The notes beneath the pieces are model-generated. The model ran no database searches. It had not been told where the DNA came from and was given only the letters and a program-made list of their open reading frames with translations. The position numbers and the translations under genes are program-made. From the NCBI GenBank assembly GCA_944363595.1, contig CALVUN010000006.1:1-47701 (forward strand): a stretch of DNA of 47,701 nt, written 5' to 3'. Of this stretch, positions 1-9,170 are shown piece after piece. Position 1 is the stretch's first letter. Each line of letters begins with the position of its first letter. The stretch is from an uncultured Bacilli bacterium. GTDB lineage: Bacteria > Bacillota_I > Bacilli_A > RF39 > UBA660.

Positions 1-419
1 CCTCCCGATAGTTGACTAGGATAAAAATCTTTTTTATCCTTTAAATCGATTGATTCAAGTAAAGAAATAGCTTTCTTCTTAGCTTCCTCATCACTCATTA
101 TCTTAAGTTTCGTTGGAGCCAAAATCATATTTTCTAAAACCGTCAAATGAGGAAACAAATTAAATTGCTGGAAAACCATTCCCATTTTCATTCTAATTTT
201 ATTAATATCAACTCTACTATCACTAAGATCTCTTCCCTCAAATAAAACTTTTCCTTTATTAGGTTTTTCAATATAATTAAGACATCTAAGTAAAGTCGAT
301 TTTCCACATCCAGATGGACCAATAATAACTAACCTTTCCCCTTCTTCAACTGTCAAACTAATATTTTTTAAAACCAAATTTTTACCAAAAGATTTAGAAA
401 TATTCTTAGCCTCTAACAT
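1..419 (-). CDS. glnQ: Polar amino acid ABC transporter ATP-binding protein (5' part; runs off the window)
   Basis: Read manually: ATG at 419, MLEAKNISKSFGKNLVLKNISLTVEEGERLVIIGPSGCGKSTLLRCLN...GMVFQQFNLFPHLTVLEN; Walker A and Q-loop present; overlaps the permease stop. Confidence 0.9.
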   Translation of the reverse strand, partial: MLEAKNISKSFGKNLVLKNISLTVEEGERLVIIGPSGCGKSTLLRCLNYIEKPNKGKVLFEGRDLSDSRVDINKIRMKMGMVFQQFNLFPHLTVLENMILAPTKLKIMSDEEAKKKAISLLESIDLKDKKDFYPSQLSG

Positions 420-1096
420 TCCTTACCAAGCTTCCTTTCCATTAATCCCACTAATTTTGATAACCCTAATGTCATTATCAAATAAATAAGCGCAACGATG
501 ATAAGTGGGAAAAAATAATCATAAGTTCTAGAAGCAATAATATCTGATGCCTTTGTTAATTCAATAATGCCAATATAAGCTCCTACTGATGTCTCCTTAA
601 GTAAAGTAATAAATTCATTACCTAATGCTGGCAAAATATTTTTAATCGCTTGTGGTAAAATAATATACCTCATTGTTTTACTGTAAGAAAGGCCTAAAGA
701 ATAACCAGCTTCCATCTGACCCTTATCGATTGACTCAATTCCTGCTCTAATAATTTCTGCAACATAAGCTCCCGAATTAATACCAAAAGCAAGAACTCCA
801 ACTAGGACAATACTAATGTCGACACTTTTAAAAATAACATAATAAATAATCATAAGCTGTAAAACAACTGGTGTTCCTCTAATAACATTAACATATATTT
901 TACCTAACATATTAAGTAATTTAAGCTTACCACTATTATCGTGATAATTTCTAACAATTGCTACTAATACACCAATAACTATTCCTAAAATAACCGCAAA
1001 AAAAGCAATAATAATTGTATTAAGTAAGCCTTCTAAAATATACATATAACGATTATCATAAATAACTGTATTATAAAAACTTTCCCATATACCCAT
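413..1096 (-). CDS. glnP: Polar amino acid ABC transporter permease
   Basis: RGTP motif and EAA loop (SGAYVAEIIRAGIESIDKGQMEAGYSLGLS); lies between the binding-protein and ATPase genes. Confidence 0.92.
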   Translation of the reverse strand: MGIWESFYNTVIYDNRYMYILEGLLNTIIIAFFAVILGIVIGVLVAIVRNYHDNSGKLKLLNMLGKIYVNVIRGTPVVLQLMIIYYVIFKSVDISIVLVGVLAFGINSGAYVAEIIRAGIESIDKGQMEAGYSLGLSYSKTMRYIILPQAIKNILPALGNEFITLLKETSVGAYIGIIELTKASDIIASRTYDYFFPLIIVALIYLIMTLGLSKLVGLMERKLGKEC

Positions 1097-1109
1097 ATTA
1101 CTACTACTC

Positions 1110-1829
1110 CTATTCTGTTGTATGATTAATCATAAATTCCTCAATTTTTCCTTCATTTTGCAGTCTTGTTAAAACATCATTAATTGTATTAAGTAATTCT
1201 GTATTACCTTTTTTAACGACCATTCCATAAGAATCCGTAAATAATTCTTCATCCAAAATAACTAAACCATCATTAGTCTTAAGAATTTCTTGTGCTGGCA
1301 ACTCATCCATGACAATTAAATCTACTTTTGCTGACTTAAGATCCTGAACTGCTGCCAAATATTTCTTTTGTCTAACTATTTCAGCATTAGGATAATTTTC
1401 TGTCACATACATATCACCTGTACTTCCAAGTTGAACAGCAATTTTTTGATTACTAATCTTATCGATATCATCAATACTGCTTCCCTCTCTTACTACAACA
1501 ACTTGCTTTGAAGTTGCATAATTAATTGTAAAATCAATTTGCTTAGCTCTTTCTTCATCATAACTAATTCCAGCTGCACCAAAATCAGCTTTACCACTAT
1601 TAACTTCATTAATAATTGAATCAAAAGCTACATCTTTAATAACTAATTCTTTTCCCATTTCTTTAGCTATTTCTTTAGCAATATCAACATCAACTCCAAC
1701 AATTTCACCATCCTCATAATATTCATAAGGTGCAAAACCTGCTTCTGTTACCATAACAAGCTCATTTTCATTTTTACCACAGCTTGTACACAAAAATAAA
1801 ACTAAAACTAATAAAAATAATTTCTTCAT
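1110..1829 (-). CDS. Amino acid ABC transporter substrate-binding lipoprotein (family 3)
   Basis: Lipobox-like LCTSC; TEAGFAPYEY...GVDVDIA motif of family 3 binding proteins. Confidence 0.9.
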   Translation of the reverse strand: MKKLFLLVLVLFLCTSCGKNENELVMVTEAGFAPYEYYEDGEIVGVDVDIAKEIAKEMGKELVIKDVAFDSIINEVNSGKADFGAAGISYDEERAKQIDFTINYATSKQVVVVREGSSIDDIDKISNQKIAVQLGSTGDMYVTENYPNAEIVRQKKYLAAVQDLKSAKVDLIVMDELPAQEILKTNDGLVILDEELFTDSYGMVVKKGNTELLNTINDVLTRLQNEGKIEEFMINHTTE

Positions 1830-1913
1830 ACTACACCTACCTTACTAACATAATTATAACACCAAAAGAAAAAAAAACAACTCCTAAAAATTTAAATCAA
1901 GATAAAAGAAAAA

Positions 1914-1942
1914 GCTATTAACAAATCATTATTGTTAATAGC
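1914..1942 (-). terminator. Rho-independent terminator
   Basis: 11-bp stem GCTATTAACAA/TTGTTAATAGC with a minus-strand U-tract, just after the 1959 stop. Confidence 0.75.
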
Positions 1943-1958
1943 CCAAAATTAATTACTA

Positions 1959-2894
1959 CTAATTATTAACTTTTTTTCTTAATTTCATTGCTACAACTAT
2001 AAAAGCAATTGAACCCATAGCTACTAAAGCAATTGAACTATAAATACCATCAAAAGTATTAGGATTAGTAACTTCTTCTGGTTCTGTAGGTTCTGTCACC
2101 GGAGGTGTTGTTGTTCCTGGATCGGTAGGTTCTTCAATTGTTTTAAGTTCATAACCATAAGCAAAAGTATTATCTTGATTAGCAGTTACAACATTAGCAC
2201 TTACTGATTGATATTCTTTACTACTAGCAGCACTTACTGTCATAGTATTAACACCACTGATAATCTTTTCCATAGCTATATCATAATCAGTATATAAAGC
2301 ACCATTTTTATTAAGTGTAAATACTACATCATTGCTAACATTAGTACCCGTTGTACCATAAATAACAAATTTTGAAAAAACATTAGTCGTACCTGTTCCT
2401 GTGTAATAACCTTTACTTCTAAGTTCTACAGCACCATTTACATTAATTGTACCATTATTAATTATAGTACCTGTTTCTGTACTTGGAATAATAACTGTAC
2501 CATCGATAGTAAAAATATCATCTTCATTTAACACTAAAGAGAAACCTTCAATATTTTGTTGTTGTGCAACTGTACCTAAAGCATCAGGCACTTTAATAAA
2601 GAAATTCTCTCCTTCGTTTAAAGTAACATCTCCATCGATTGTCATTAAAATTCTTTTCGCACCAGTTGATTCATCTAAAGAAAAAGTAACACTACCATCA
2701 TTAATCGTAAATGCTCCATTTTCTCCAATATAAACATCTCCTGCAACTGTTAAAGTATCATCTTTAGTTATTGGTGTAGAACCTGCAATAAGCGTTAAGA
2801 AATCAGCATCTGTATATTCTTTAGCGCTTACATTTTCCATACCACATAAACCAACCATCAAGACACCAAATGTTAAACACATTTTCTTAAACAT
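1959..2894 (-). CDS. Secreted/surface protein with C-terminal NPxTxD-TM-basic tail
   Basis: Signal peptide, Pro/Thr/Glu linker, NPNTFD, hydrophobic helix, then KLRKK. Start placed at ATG 2894 from the AAGGAG RBS (ORF track opens at 2948). Confidence 0.75.
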   Translation of the reverse strand: MFKKMCLTFGVLMVGLCGMENVSAKEYTDADFLTLIAGSTPITKDDTLTVAGDVYIGENGAFTINDGSVTFSLDESTGAKRILMTIDGDVTLNEGENFFIKVPDALGTVAQQQNIEGFSLVLNEDDIFTIDGTVIIPSTETGTIINNGTINVNGAVELRSKGYYTGTGTTNVFSKFVIYGTTGTNVSNDVVFTLNKNGALYTDYDIAMEKIISGVNTMTVSAASSKEYQSVSANVVTANQDNTFAYGYELKTIEEPTDPGTTTPPVTEPTEPEEVTNPNTFDGIYSSIALVAMGSIAFIVVAMKLRKKVNN

Positions 2895-3035
2895 ATCATC
2901 CATTCTCCTTTCTATCATCATTATATAACAATATTTTAAATAACACAATAAATTATTGACAATTTATCAAAACTAAATTACAAAGCACAATCTAAATTTA
3001 AAATAAATTGTAAACTAAGTGTCTACCCATGACCA

Positions 3036-3064
3036 TTAACACTTTTAAAAACGACGAATATAAT
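3036..3064 (+). promoter_or_regulatory. Promoter of the ytlACD-like operon
   Basis: TTAACA-N17-TATAAT (sigma-A-like). The same bases also fit AC-N16-AATAnnnTA (sigma-K-like, one mismatch). AAGGAGG RBS follows. Confidence 0.55.
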
Positions 3065-3087
3065 AAATTGTATGAAAAGGAGGAAAT

Positions 3088-3521
3088 ATGAAAAAAACTA
3101 TCATAGGTATTATTACCTTAGTTGTCATTTTAGGTATAGCTATCTTTGCTATTTTTAAAGATGACTCTAAAGCCAAATTACAAAAAATCACTTTAGCAGA
3201 AGTAACCCATAGTATCTTTTATGCCCCACAATATGCCGCTATTAGTGAAGGATACTTTGAAGATGAAGGTCTTGAAATTGAATTAGTCTTAACACCAGGT
3301 GCCGATGCCGTTATGGCAGCCGTACTATCAGGTGATGTTGACATTGGTTTCTCTGGAACTGAAGCAACCATCTACGTCTATAATGGTGGCGAAAAAGATT
3401 ACGTCCAAACATTCGCTGGTTTAACACAAAAAGATGGGTCATTCTTAGTATCGAGAGAACCATATGAAAACTTTACCCTTGAAGACTTAAAAGGAAAGTA
3501 TGTCATTGGTGGAAGAAAAGG
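3088..3521 (+). CDS. ytlA: NitT/TauT ABC substrate-binding protein, 5' half of a split gene
   Basis: AEVTHSIFYAPQY motif; ends ...IGGRKG, then reads HRM* in element DNA (stop at 3534). Confidence 0.85.
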
Positions 3522-3543
3522 ACATCGGATGTAAAACTTATAA
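3502..3543. repeat. Left attachment site of element 1
   Basis: GTCATT-N12-GG-a-CATCGGATGTAAAACTTATAA. Confidence 0.85.
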
Positions 3544-3570
3544 CATTTTTTTAAACTAAAAGAAACCTTA

Positions 3571-4761
3571 TTAGGCTTCTTCAATTATTTTCTTTAATCT
3601 ATTTATTTGTCTATTTAAAAGAACACATAATCTATATATTCTTTTATCAGATATTTTAGTAATACTTTGATACTTATGTAATAACTTATCAAATTCTTCA
3701 GGTATATCAGATAGTTTTTCTACATCTATTCTTTTAATATTATGAACTACTTTAATAATTTCATCAAATGGTTTTACCTCGTAAAAAAATCTTCCATGTC
3801 CTGATATGATTACTTCTTCTTCATCATAATATGGAATATTTAAAGCCATACCATTATCAAATATAGGAGTAACATCTAACCATTTTAGAGTATTAACATC
3901 TCTTATAATACCAAAGTTATTTAAGTGTCTATCTTCATTCATGATAAGAAAATCTAAAATATACATATTTTCTACTTTTTCTCTAGCATTAAAAATATCG
4001 TTTTTCTCAAGACATTTAATATATTCTTCATAATCTTCTTCACTATCATATCTTTTCATATCATTTCTTATTTGATAGGCTGTAATAAGTTCTGTATCTT
4101 TAGTTATAAAACAAGGACATTTAGATACTACGGTATCTTTATAAACATCTAAAGTATAAGGAACATGATTAAAACCTAATCTATCACATATCATAGATGC
4201 TAAAACTTCATTGAATGGTTGTAATATTTCATTTTTATAACCACCTTTTAATAGGTATCTTGTACCATCTTCAATAATCCATGCTTTTTTTAACATACCA
4301 TCAGTGGTATTATTAGGTGTTATAAGAGAAGTTTCTTTTTTTACTATCTTACTATTAAGTGAAAGTGAGGCTTCTAAAAACTCAGCATAATCAAAATCAT
4401 TATCAAAAAAATTAATATCATCATACTTTATATTACTGTTAAAGGGTTTTAACCAATATTGATCCGATAAAGATAAACCGAAAGCTTTATCTAATAATTC
4501 AGTTGGAGCACTTATATCTAGACGATGTAATAATAAATCTAATTTGTCTCTCCAAGAAGGAATACCTCTTCCTCTAAACCACTCCGACAAATTTGTTCTA
4601 AAAAATGTATCATTTATATCATCTTTAATATAAAAACTCTTTAAAATATAGGGAGCATAATCAATATTCTTAACTTCTATAATTCTATCAAAAAATTTAG
4701 AAACTGTATTATATTCTGCAACTAATACTTCTGTATTTTTATTCATTAAAATACATTTCAT
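3571..4761 (-). CDS. HipA-like Ser/Thr kinase domain protein
   Basis: DGMLKKAW...YLLK, NEDRHLNNFG and PIFDNG kinase motifs; AAGGTG RBS before ATG 4761 (ORF track 4767). Confidence 0.8.
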   Translation of the reverse strand: MKCILMNKNTEVLVAEYNTVSKFFDRIIEVKNIDYAPYILKSFYIKDDINDTFFRTNLSEWFRGRGIPSWRDKLDLLLHRLDISAPTELLDKAFGLSLSDQYWLKPFNSNIKYDDINFFDNDFDYAEFLEASLSLNSKIVKKETSLITPNNTTDGMLKKAWIIEDGTRYLLKGGYKNEILQPFNEVLASMICDRLGFNHVPYTLDVYKDTVVSKCPCFITKDTELITAYQIRNDMKRYDSEEDYEEYIKCLEKNDIFNAREKVENMYILDFLIMNEDRHLNNFGIIRDVNTLKWLDVTPIFDNGMALNIPYYDEEEVIISGHGRFFYEVKPFDEIIKVVHNIKRIDVEKLSDIPEEFDKLLHKYQSITKISDKRIYRLCVLLNRQINRLKKIIEEA

Positions 4762-4821
4762 AACCACACCTTCTTCCTAATGTAATATGTATTATTATAC
4801 CATATTTGCCTATATTTTTCA

Positions 4822-6384
4822 TTAATATAGTTTGAATTTATAGTGGATTTCTATAGTTTTATCTTCACTTATAAGTATCTTATCAATTAGATTTACTAAT
4901 AAATTTCTACTTGGCTTTTCAAAAAATAAATATTCGTTTATCTTTTTTAATATTTCACCCTTTTCATTATTATCATTTACCAAATCAATATTTTTAAGTT
5001 CATCTTCTAATTCTTTTTTTCTACTTTTCAACTGTTCTATCTCATCTTTATATTTGCTAGTTAAACGTTTAAACATTGCCATATCAATATTACCATTTAA
5101 CCTATCTTCATATATTTTATCTATATATGAGTTATTAGTTCTAATTTTATTATCTAATATATTGATTTCCTTTTGTTTTTTTATTTTTATATTATTTTTC
5201 TTTCTTACCTCTTCTAACTTATAAAAAAATAAACTACTATCTACATACTCCTTACACATTTTTTTAATTTCTTCTAACACAAGGTTTTCCAATTTTTTAT
5301 AATTACAACTGTGTGGAGTACATAAACCATATTTAGAATGAGATATATAGTAAGTACAACAACAGTAATATCTTTTACCATCACTACTTTTATTTATCCC
5401 TATTGCGTGTCCACATTCTTTACATACCATAAAGCCAGAAAGTAATTGAATATTATTACCAGTAGGTTTATTTTTGTTTTTTTTTAACAATTCCCCTACT
5501 GTATCAAATATTTTTTTATCAATTATTGCCTCATGAGTATTTTCTGTAATTATCCACTCATCTTTAGATGTTCTAATTTCTTTTTTTGACTTATAATTTA
5601 ACTTTTTTCTTCTACCTTGAGTTAAATTTCCAATATAAGTTTCATTAGTAAGCATTTCTTCAATAGTTCTAGGGCACCATAAACCATAAGCTGTAGATTT
5701 CATACCTCTATTAAGATTTGCATAAACACTTGGAGTAGGAATATGCTCATCAGAGAATATATTAGCAATTTGTCTTGGACTTTTACCCTCAATTACTAAA
5801 TTAAACATTCGCTCAATAATAGGTCTAATTTCCTCATCAACAATAATTTTATATTTATCATTAGGATCTTTTTTATAGCCATATACTGCTTTCCAACCCA
5901 AAAACTGTCCCTGTTCTTTTTTTGATCTCACGACTTTTCTAATTTTTTTAGATGTATCTTTTAAATAGTAATCATTAAACATTAATTTAAATTGTAAAAA
6001 CTCTAAACCTGGTGTTTCATGTAATGTATCAATATCATCATTTATAGCAATATATCTTATACCTCGTTCAGGAAATATTCTCTCTATATATTCCCCCATT
6101 GAAATATAATCCCTACCCATACGAGATAAATCTTTGGTAATTATAGTATTAACTTTACCACTATCAATATCTGCCATTAGTCTTTTCCAAGAAGGTCTAT
6201 CAAAATTAGAACCAGTAAAACCATCATCGACATACTCATCAATATATTGTAATTTTTCTTTTGTTTTCTCTAAGAATAAATGTAATAAATCTCTTTGATT
6301 TGTAATACTCTCACTTTCCATATTATCGCCATCTTCACGAGATAACCTAATATAAAGAGCAACATTAAATGTCTTACCATTCAT
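4822..6384 (-). CDS. Large serine recombinase (element 1)
   Basis: YIRLS catalytic Ser, DDGFTGSNFDRP, KDLSRMGR, recombinase domain, CKEC...C...C zinc ribbon, coiled coil; intact 520 aa. Confidence 0.95.
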   Translation of the reverse strand: MNGKTFNVALYIRLSREDGDNMESESITNQRDLLHLFLEKTKEKLQYIDEYVDDGFTGSNFDRPSWKRLMADIDSGKVNTIITKDLSRMGRDYISMGEYIERIFPERGIRYIAINDDIDTLHETPGLEFLQFKLMFNDYYLKDTSKKIRKVVRSKKEQGQFLGWKAVYGYKKDPNDKYKIIVDEEIRPIIERMFNLVIEGKSPRQIANIFSDEHIPTPSVYANLNRGMKSTAYGLWCPRTIEEMLTNETYIGNLTQGRRKKLNYKSKKEIRTSKDEWIITENTHEAIIDKKIFDTVGELLKKNKNKPTGNNIQLLSGFMVCKECGHAIGINKSSDGKRYYCCCTYYISHSKYGLCTPHSCNYKKLENLVLEEIKKMCKEYVDSSLFFYKLEEVRKKNNIKIKKQKEINILDNKIRTNNSYIDKIYEDRLNGNIDMAMFKRLTSKYKDEIEQLKSRKKELEDELKNIDLVNDNNEKGEILKKINEYLFFEKPSRNLLVNLIDKILISEDKTIEIHYKFKLY

Positions 6385-6419
6385 CTTTTAACTCCATTTC
6401 ATAATAAATAAAAAACATC

Positions 6420-6524
6420 TTATTTTTTAAAAGAAGTAATATCCAAGCAATAATCAATCAAAAAAAACTCAATAATATCTTGAAGAGTTTTACCTTTTTC
6501 ATTAAAGACATTAACAATTTTCAT
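6420..6524 (-). CDS. 34-aa small ORF upstream of recombinase 1 (candidate RDF)
   Basis: GGGTGG RBS; MKIVNVFNEKGKTLQDIIEFFLIDYCLDITSFKK*; below the ORF-track size cutoff. Confidence 0.55.
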   Translation of the reverse strand: MKIVNVFNEKGKTLQDIIEFFLIDYCLDITSFKK

Positions 6525-6622
6525 AGAACCACCCAATTAAATTTATGATTTAATTAAAATTTATAATACTAAGAATTAAAATAAAACTATTTAATTACCA
6601 TAAATATCCCAAAAAAATTACA

Positions 6623-6664
6623 TTATAAGTTTTGTATCCGATGGGGTGGTATGCCCGAAATGAC
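6623..6664. repeat. Right attachment site of element 1
   Basis: TTATAAGTTTTGTATCCGATG-g-GG-N12-AATGAC. Confidence 0.85.
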
Positions 6665-7211
6665 TTTTGAATGGGCACTTAGAGAAAATAATATTGACCC
6701 CAATAAAGATTTAACTATCGATACATCCATTGATTTTGCCGCAATGCAAGGAGCATTCATTGGAGGAACAGGTGATTTTGTTACTTTGTTTGAACCTAAT
6801 GCTTTAGCTGTCGAACAAGCAGGATATGGTCATGTTGTTGCCTATATTGGCGATTTAGCGGGCGTTGTTCCATATACAGCATACAATGCCAGAAAAAGTT
6901 ATATTGAAAACAATCCCGAAATAATAGAAAAATTCACTAGAGCTGTTAATCGCGGTTTAGAATACGTTAAAAACAATGATGCCTTTACTATAGCCACTTC
7001 CATTGTTAACTTCTTTCCCGATACATCAATTGATGACTTAACCAAAATGATTGAAAGATATAAAGAAGGTGGAGCTTGGAAAGACAATATTACTATTAAT
7101 GAAGAAGAATGGAATCATATTCAAGACATTGTAATTGCCGCAGGAGAATTAGAAGAAAAAGTTCCATTCGAAGACTTAATTTATACTAAATACTTTAATG
7201 AATATGAATGA
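6647..7211 (+). CDS. ytlA: NitT/TauT ABC substrate-binding protein, 3' half of a split gene
   Basis: GMPEMTFEW...LFEP...VPYTAY; joined to 3088-3521 it gives 999 bp, 332 aa. Confidence 0.85.
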
Positions 7212-7622
7212 TATCTTAAAAATAGAAAAGCTCCATAAAAAATATTATACAAAACAAGGTGAAATAACCGCAATTAAGGAAATATCTCTCAATATTAAAG
7301 AAGGAGAATTTGTATCCATTGTAGGACCATCAGGATGTGGAAAGTCAACTCTTCTATCTATATTATGCGGTTTAACAGAAAAAACAAATGGTCAAATAAC
7401 ATTCCCTAATCCAAATAAAAAAAAATTAGGATATATGCTCCAACAAGATTGTCTTTTTCCTTGGTTAACAATTCTAGATAACTGTCTTTTAGGACTAAAA
7501 GTAGAAAAAAAACTAACTAAAGAAAAAAAAGAACAAGTTATAAACCTGTTAACAACATATGGACTAAAAGATTTTATATATAAATATCCCAAAAGCTTAT
7601 CAGGAGGTATGCGTCAAAGAGT
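7198..7622 (+). CDS. ytlC: NitT/TauT ABC ATPase, 5' part of a split gene
   Basis: Walker A GPSGCGKST and LSGGMRQRV signature, then element-derived TGA at 7627-7629; start may be ATG 7204. Confidence 0.88.
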
Positions 7623-7647
7623 TGCTTGAATATAATATAGACACAAA
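7614..7647. repeat. Left attachment site of element 2
   Basis: TCAAAGAGTTGCTT core continuing into GAATATAATATAGACACAAA. Confidence 0.85.
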
Positions 7648-7736
7648 GTAATGATTAAGAAAAGTTGCTTATAACTTATAAAATAAGAAAAAAAAGTAAA
7701 ATATGTTGTTAGATAAAAGTAATTGATTTATTAAAT

Positions 7737-8072
7737 ATGTTTGATAATTTAAAGAATAAAAATAAGGCTAGACTTGCAATATATCTATTAGAAAATAAAA
7801 ACTTTGATATTAATTTTAATATTAAAGATAAAAATATAATTATTCTTTTAAAAGAAGTATTAAATAAATTAGATCCAAATTATAGTAAAACTATTGTTAA
7901 TTTTACTAAATATAAGAACTTATTATTTATTTCAGCCAAGTATTTAGAACTAAGTGAAAAAGAAAAGAAAAACTTTTCAATAATATCTTTAAAACTGATT
8001 TTAAGGATAACATTATCAATAAAGAGTTTAATAAACATCTATGTGTATATGATTATTGTTATGCCGTTTTAA
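7737..8072 (+). CDS. Hypothetical protein (possibly a decayed remnant)
   Basis: 111-aa AT-rich ORF with no clear RBS or motif. Confidence 0.3.
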   Translation: MFDNLKNKNKARLAIYLLENKNFDINFNIKDKNIIILLKEVLNKLDPNYSKTIVNFTKYKNLLFISAKYLELSEKEKKNFSIISLKLILRITLSIKSLINIYVYMIIVMPF

Positions 8073-8087
8073 ATAAAAAAATAAAAT

Positions 8088-8113
8088 CCTAGTAGTCTTT
8101 AATGACTATTAGG
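8088..8113. terminator. Bidirectional terminator-like hairpin
   Basis: CCTAGTAGTC-N6-GACTATTAGG flanked by A- and T-tracts, between convergent ORFs. Confidence 0.6.
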
Positions 8114-8114
8114 G

Positions 8115-9074
8115 TTATTTTTTTAGTCTGCTACTTTCCTGCATGCTTAAATCAAAATCATTAGGTATAATATCGCCAGCTGTATAGCCCATATCTCTTG
8201 CTTTTTTTTGAATCAAATCATACATTATATCTATTTCAAAAAAAGATATACCTTTGCTAGCAATAGTTCCTTATATTGCAATTCCGTATTCACTTGTCAT
8301 ATTAGGATTATCATAAGGATTCGTTCCATTAGTAATTGAAACATCAAATGCTTTTAATAATTGTTCAAAATTATGCAAATTATCTAATTTTGATTTCAAC
8401 TCTTCACCACTTAATTTTCCATCTCTTAATCCTTCAACATCACCGAAACTTGCTTTATTATTTAAAACATTTTCAAATGGTATTAAATAAATTCTATTTT
8501 TTCCATTACAAAAATTACTTGCTAATCTTTTTGCTCTAGCTAATGCTTCACTTCTTCTTTCCATTGGAAAATTATCAAATTGAGAGATTTGATAATCTAA
8601 AACTCTACAATAAAAGTCAGATTCGTTTTCGCCAACAATTGGTTGGATTGGCAAACTATGATTAGAGGAGCATTGAAAAACATCTTCTAAAATACCTGTG
8701 GAAAAAGTTTGCATACCATAATTAAATTCAGTAGTTCCTAAAAGTGTTGTATATAAAATTGATAAATGGTTATCTGAATAATTAATTGTTTTTCCAAAAC
8801 ATTAAGCGATATATTTTGCATCTTCAATATCTTGTGCAGAAAATTTTAAGTTTGATAAACCATTTGTATTAACTTAATTATTAAAATAACTACTCATTCC
8901 ACTTGCTAAAAAAGGCATTGATTATGATAAATTATATTTTTGTAATAACATAAGCATTTCATAATACTCATTTGATTCATATAATTGTTGTAATTGTGTG
9001 TTTAATTCCACTGCTTTGTTTGAAACTCTTAAAAATTTTGCAATAATTGTTTTTATATAATCCACATTAAACAT
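8115..9074 (-). pseudogene. Pseudogene of an approximately 319-aa hypothetical protein
   Basis: AGGAG RBS and ATG at 9074; a single frame runs to TAA at 8115-8117 with four internal TAA (8922-24, 8874-76, 8802-04, 8271-73); includes track ORF 8271..8714. Confidence 0.7.
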
Positions 9075-9170
9075 ACTCCTAAATATTGATATACTTCATA
9101 TTTATTTAATACTATTAATAATTTTTTTATATTAACATGAAAAAGGGAATATTCTCTTTTAAACTTAACA

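Larger units (their letters stand above)
3522..6646. mobile_element. Gene-interrupting serine-recombinase element 1 (3125 bp)
   Basis: GG core at 3520-3521 and 6645-6646; 19/21-bp terminal inverted repeats at 3523-3543 and 6623-6643; removal restores GRKG-GMPEM in frame. Confidence 0.92.

Noticed and set aside
6530-6575. Sigma-E/K-like -10 (CATAAATT, minus strand) before the element 1 small ORF; similar AATATATT near 16909
   Set aside because: Short AT-rich motifs arise often by chance at this composition and no convincing -35 was found.
3088-7629. Calling the ABC gene pieces dead pseudogenes or an assembly error
   Set aside because: Junctions carry symmetric att arms and rejoin exactly in frame beside intact recombinases.
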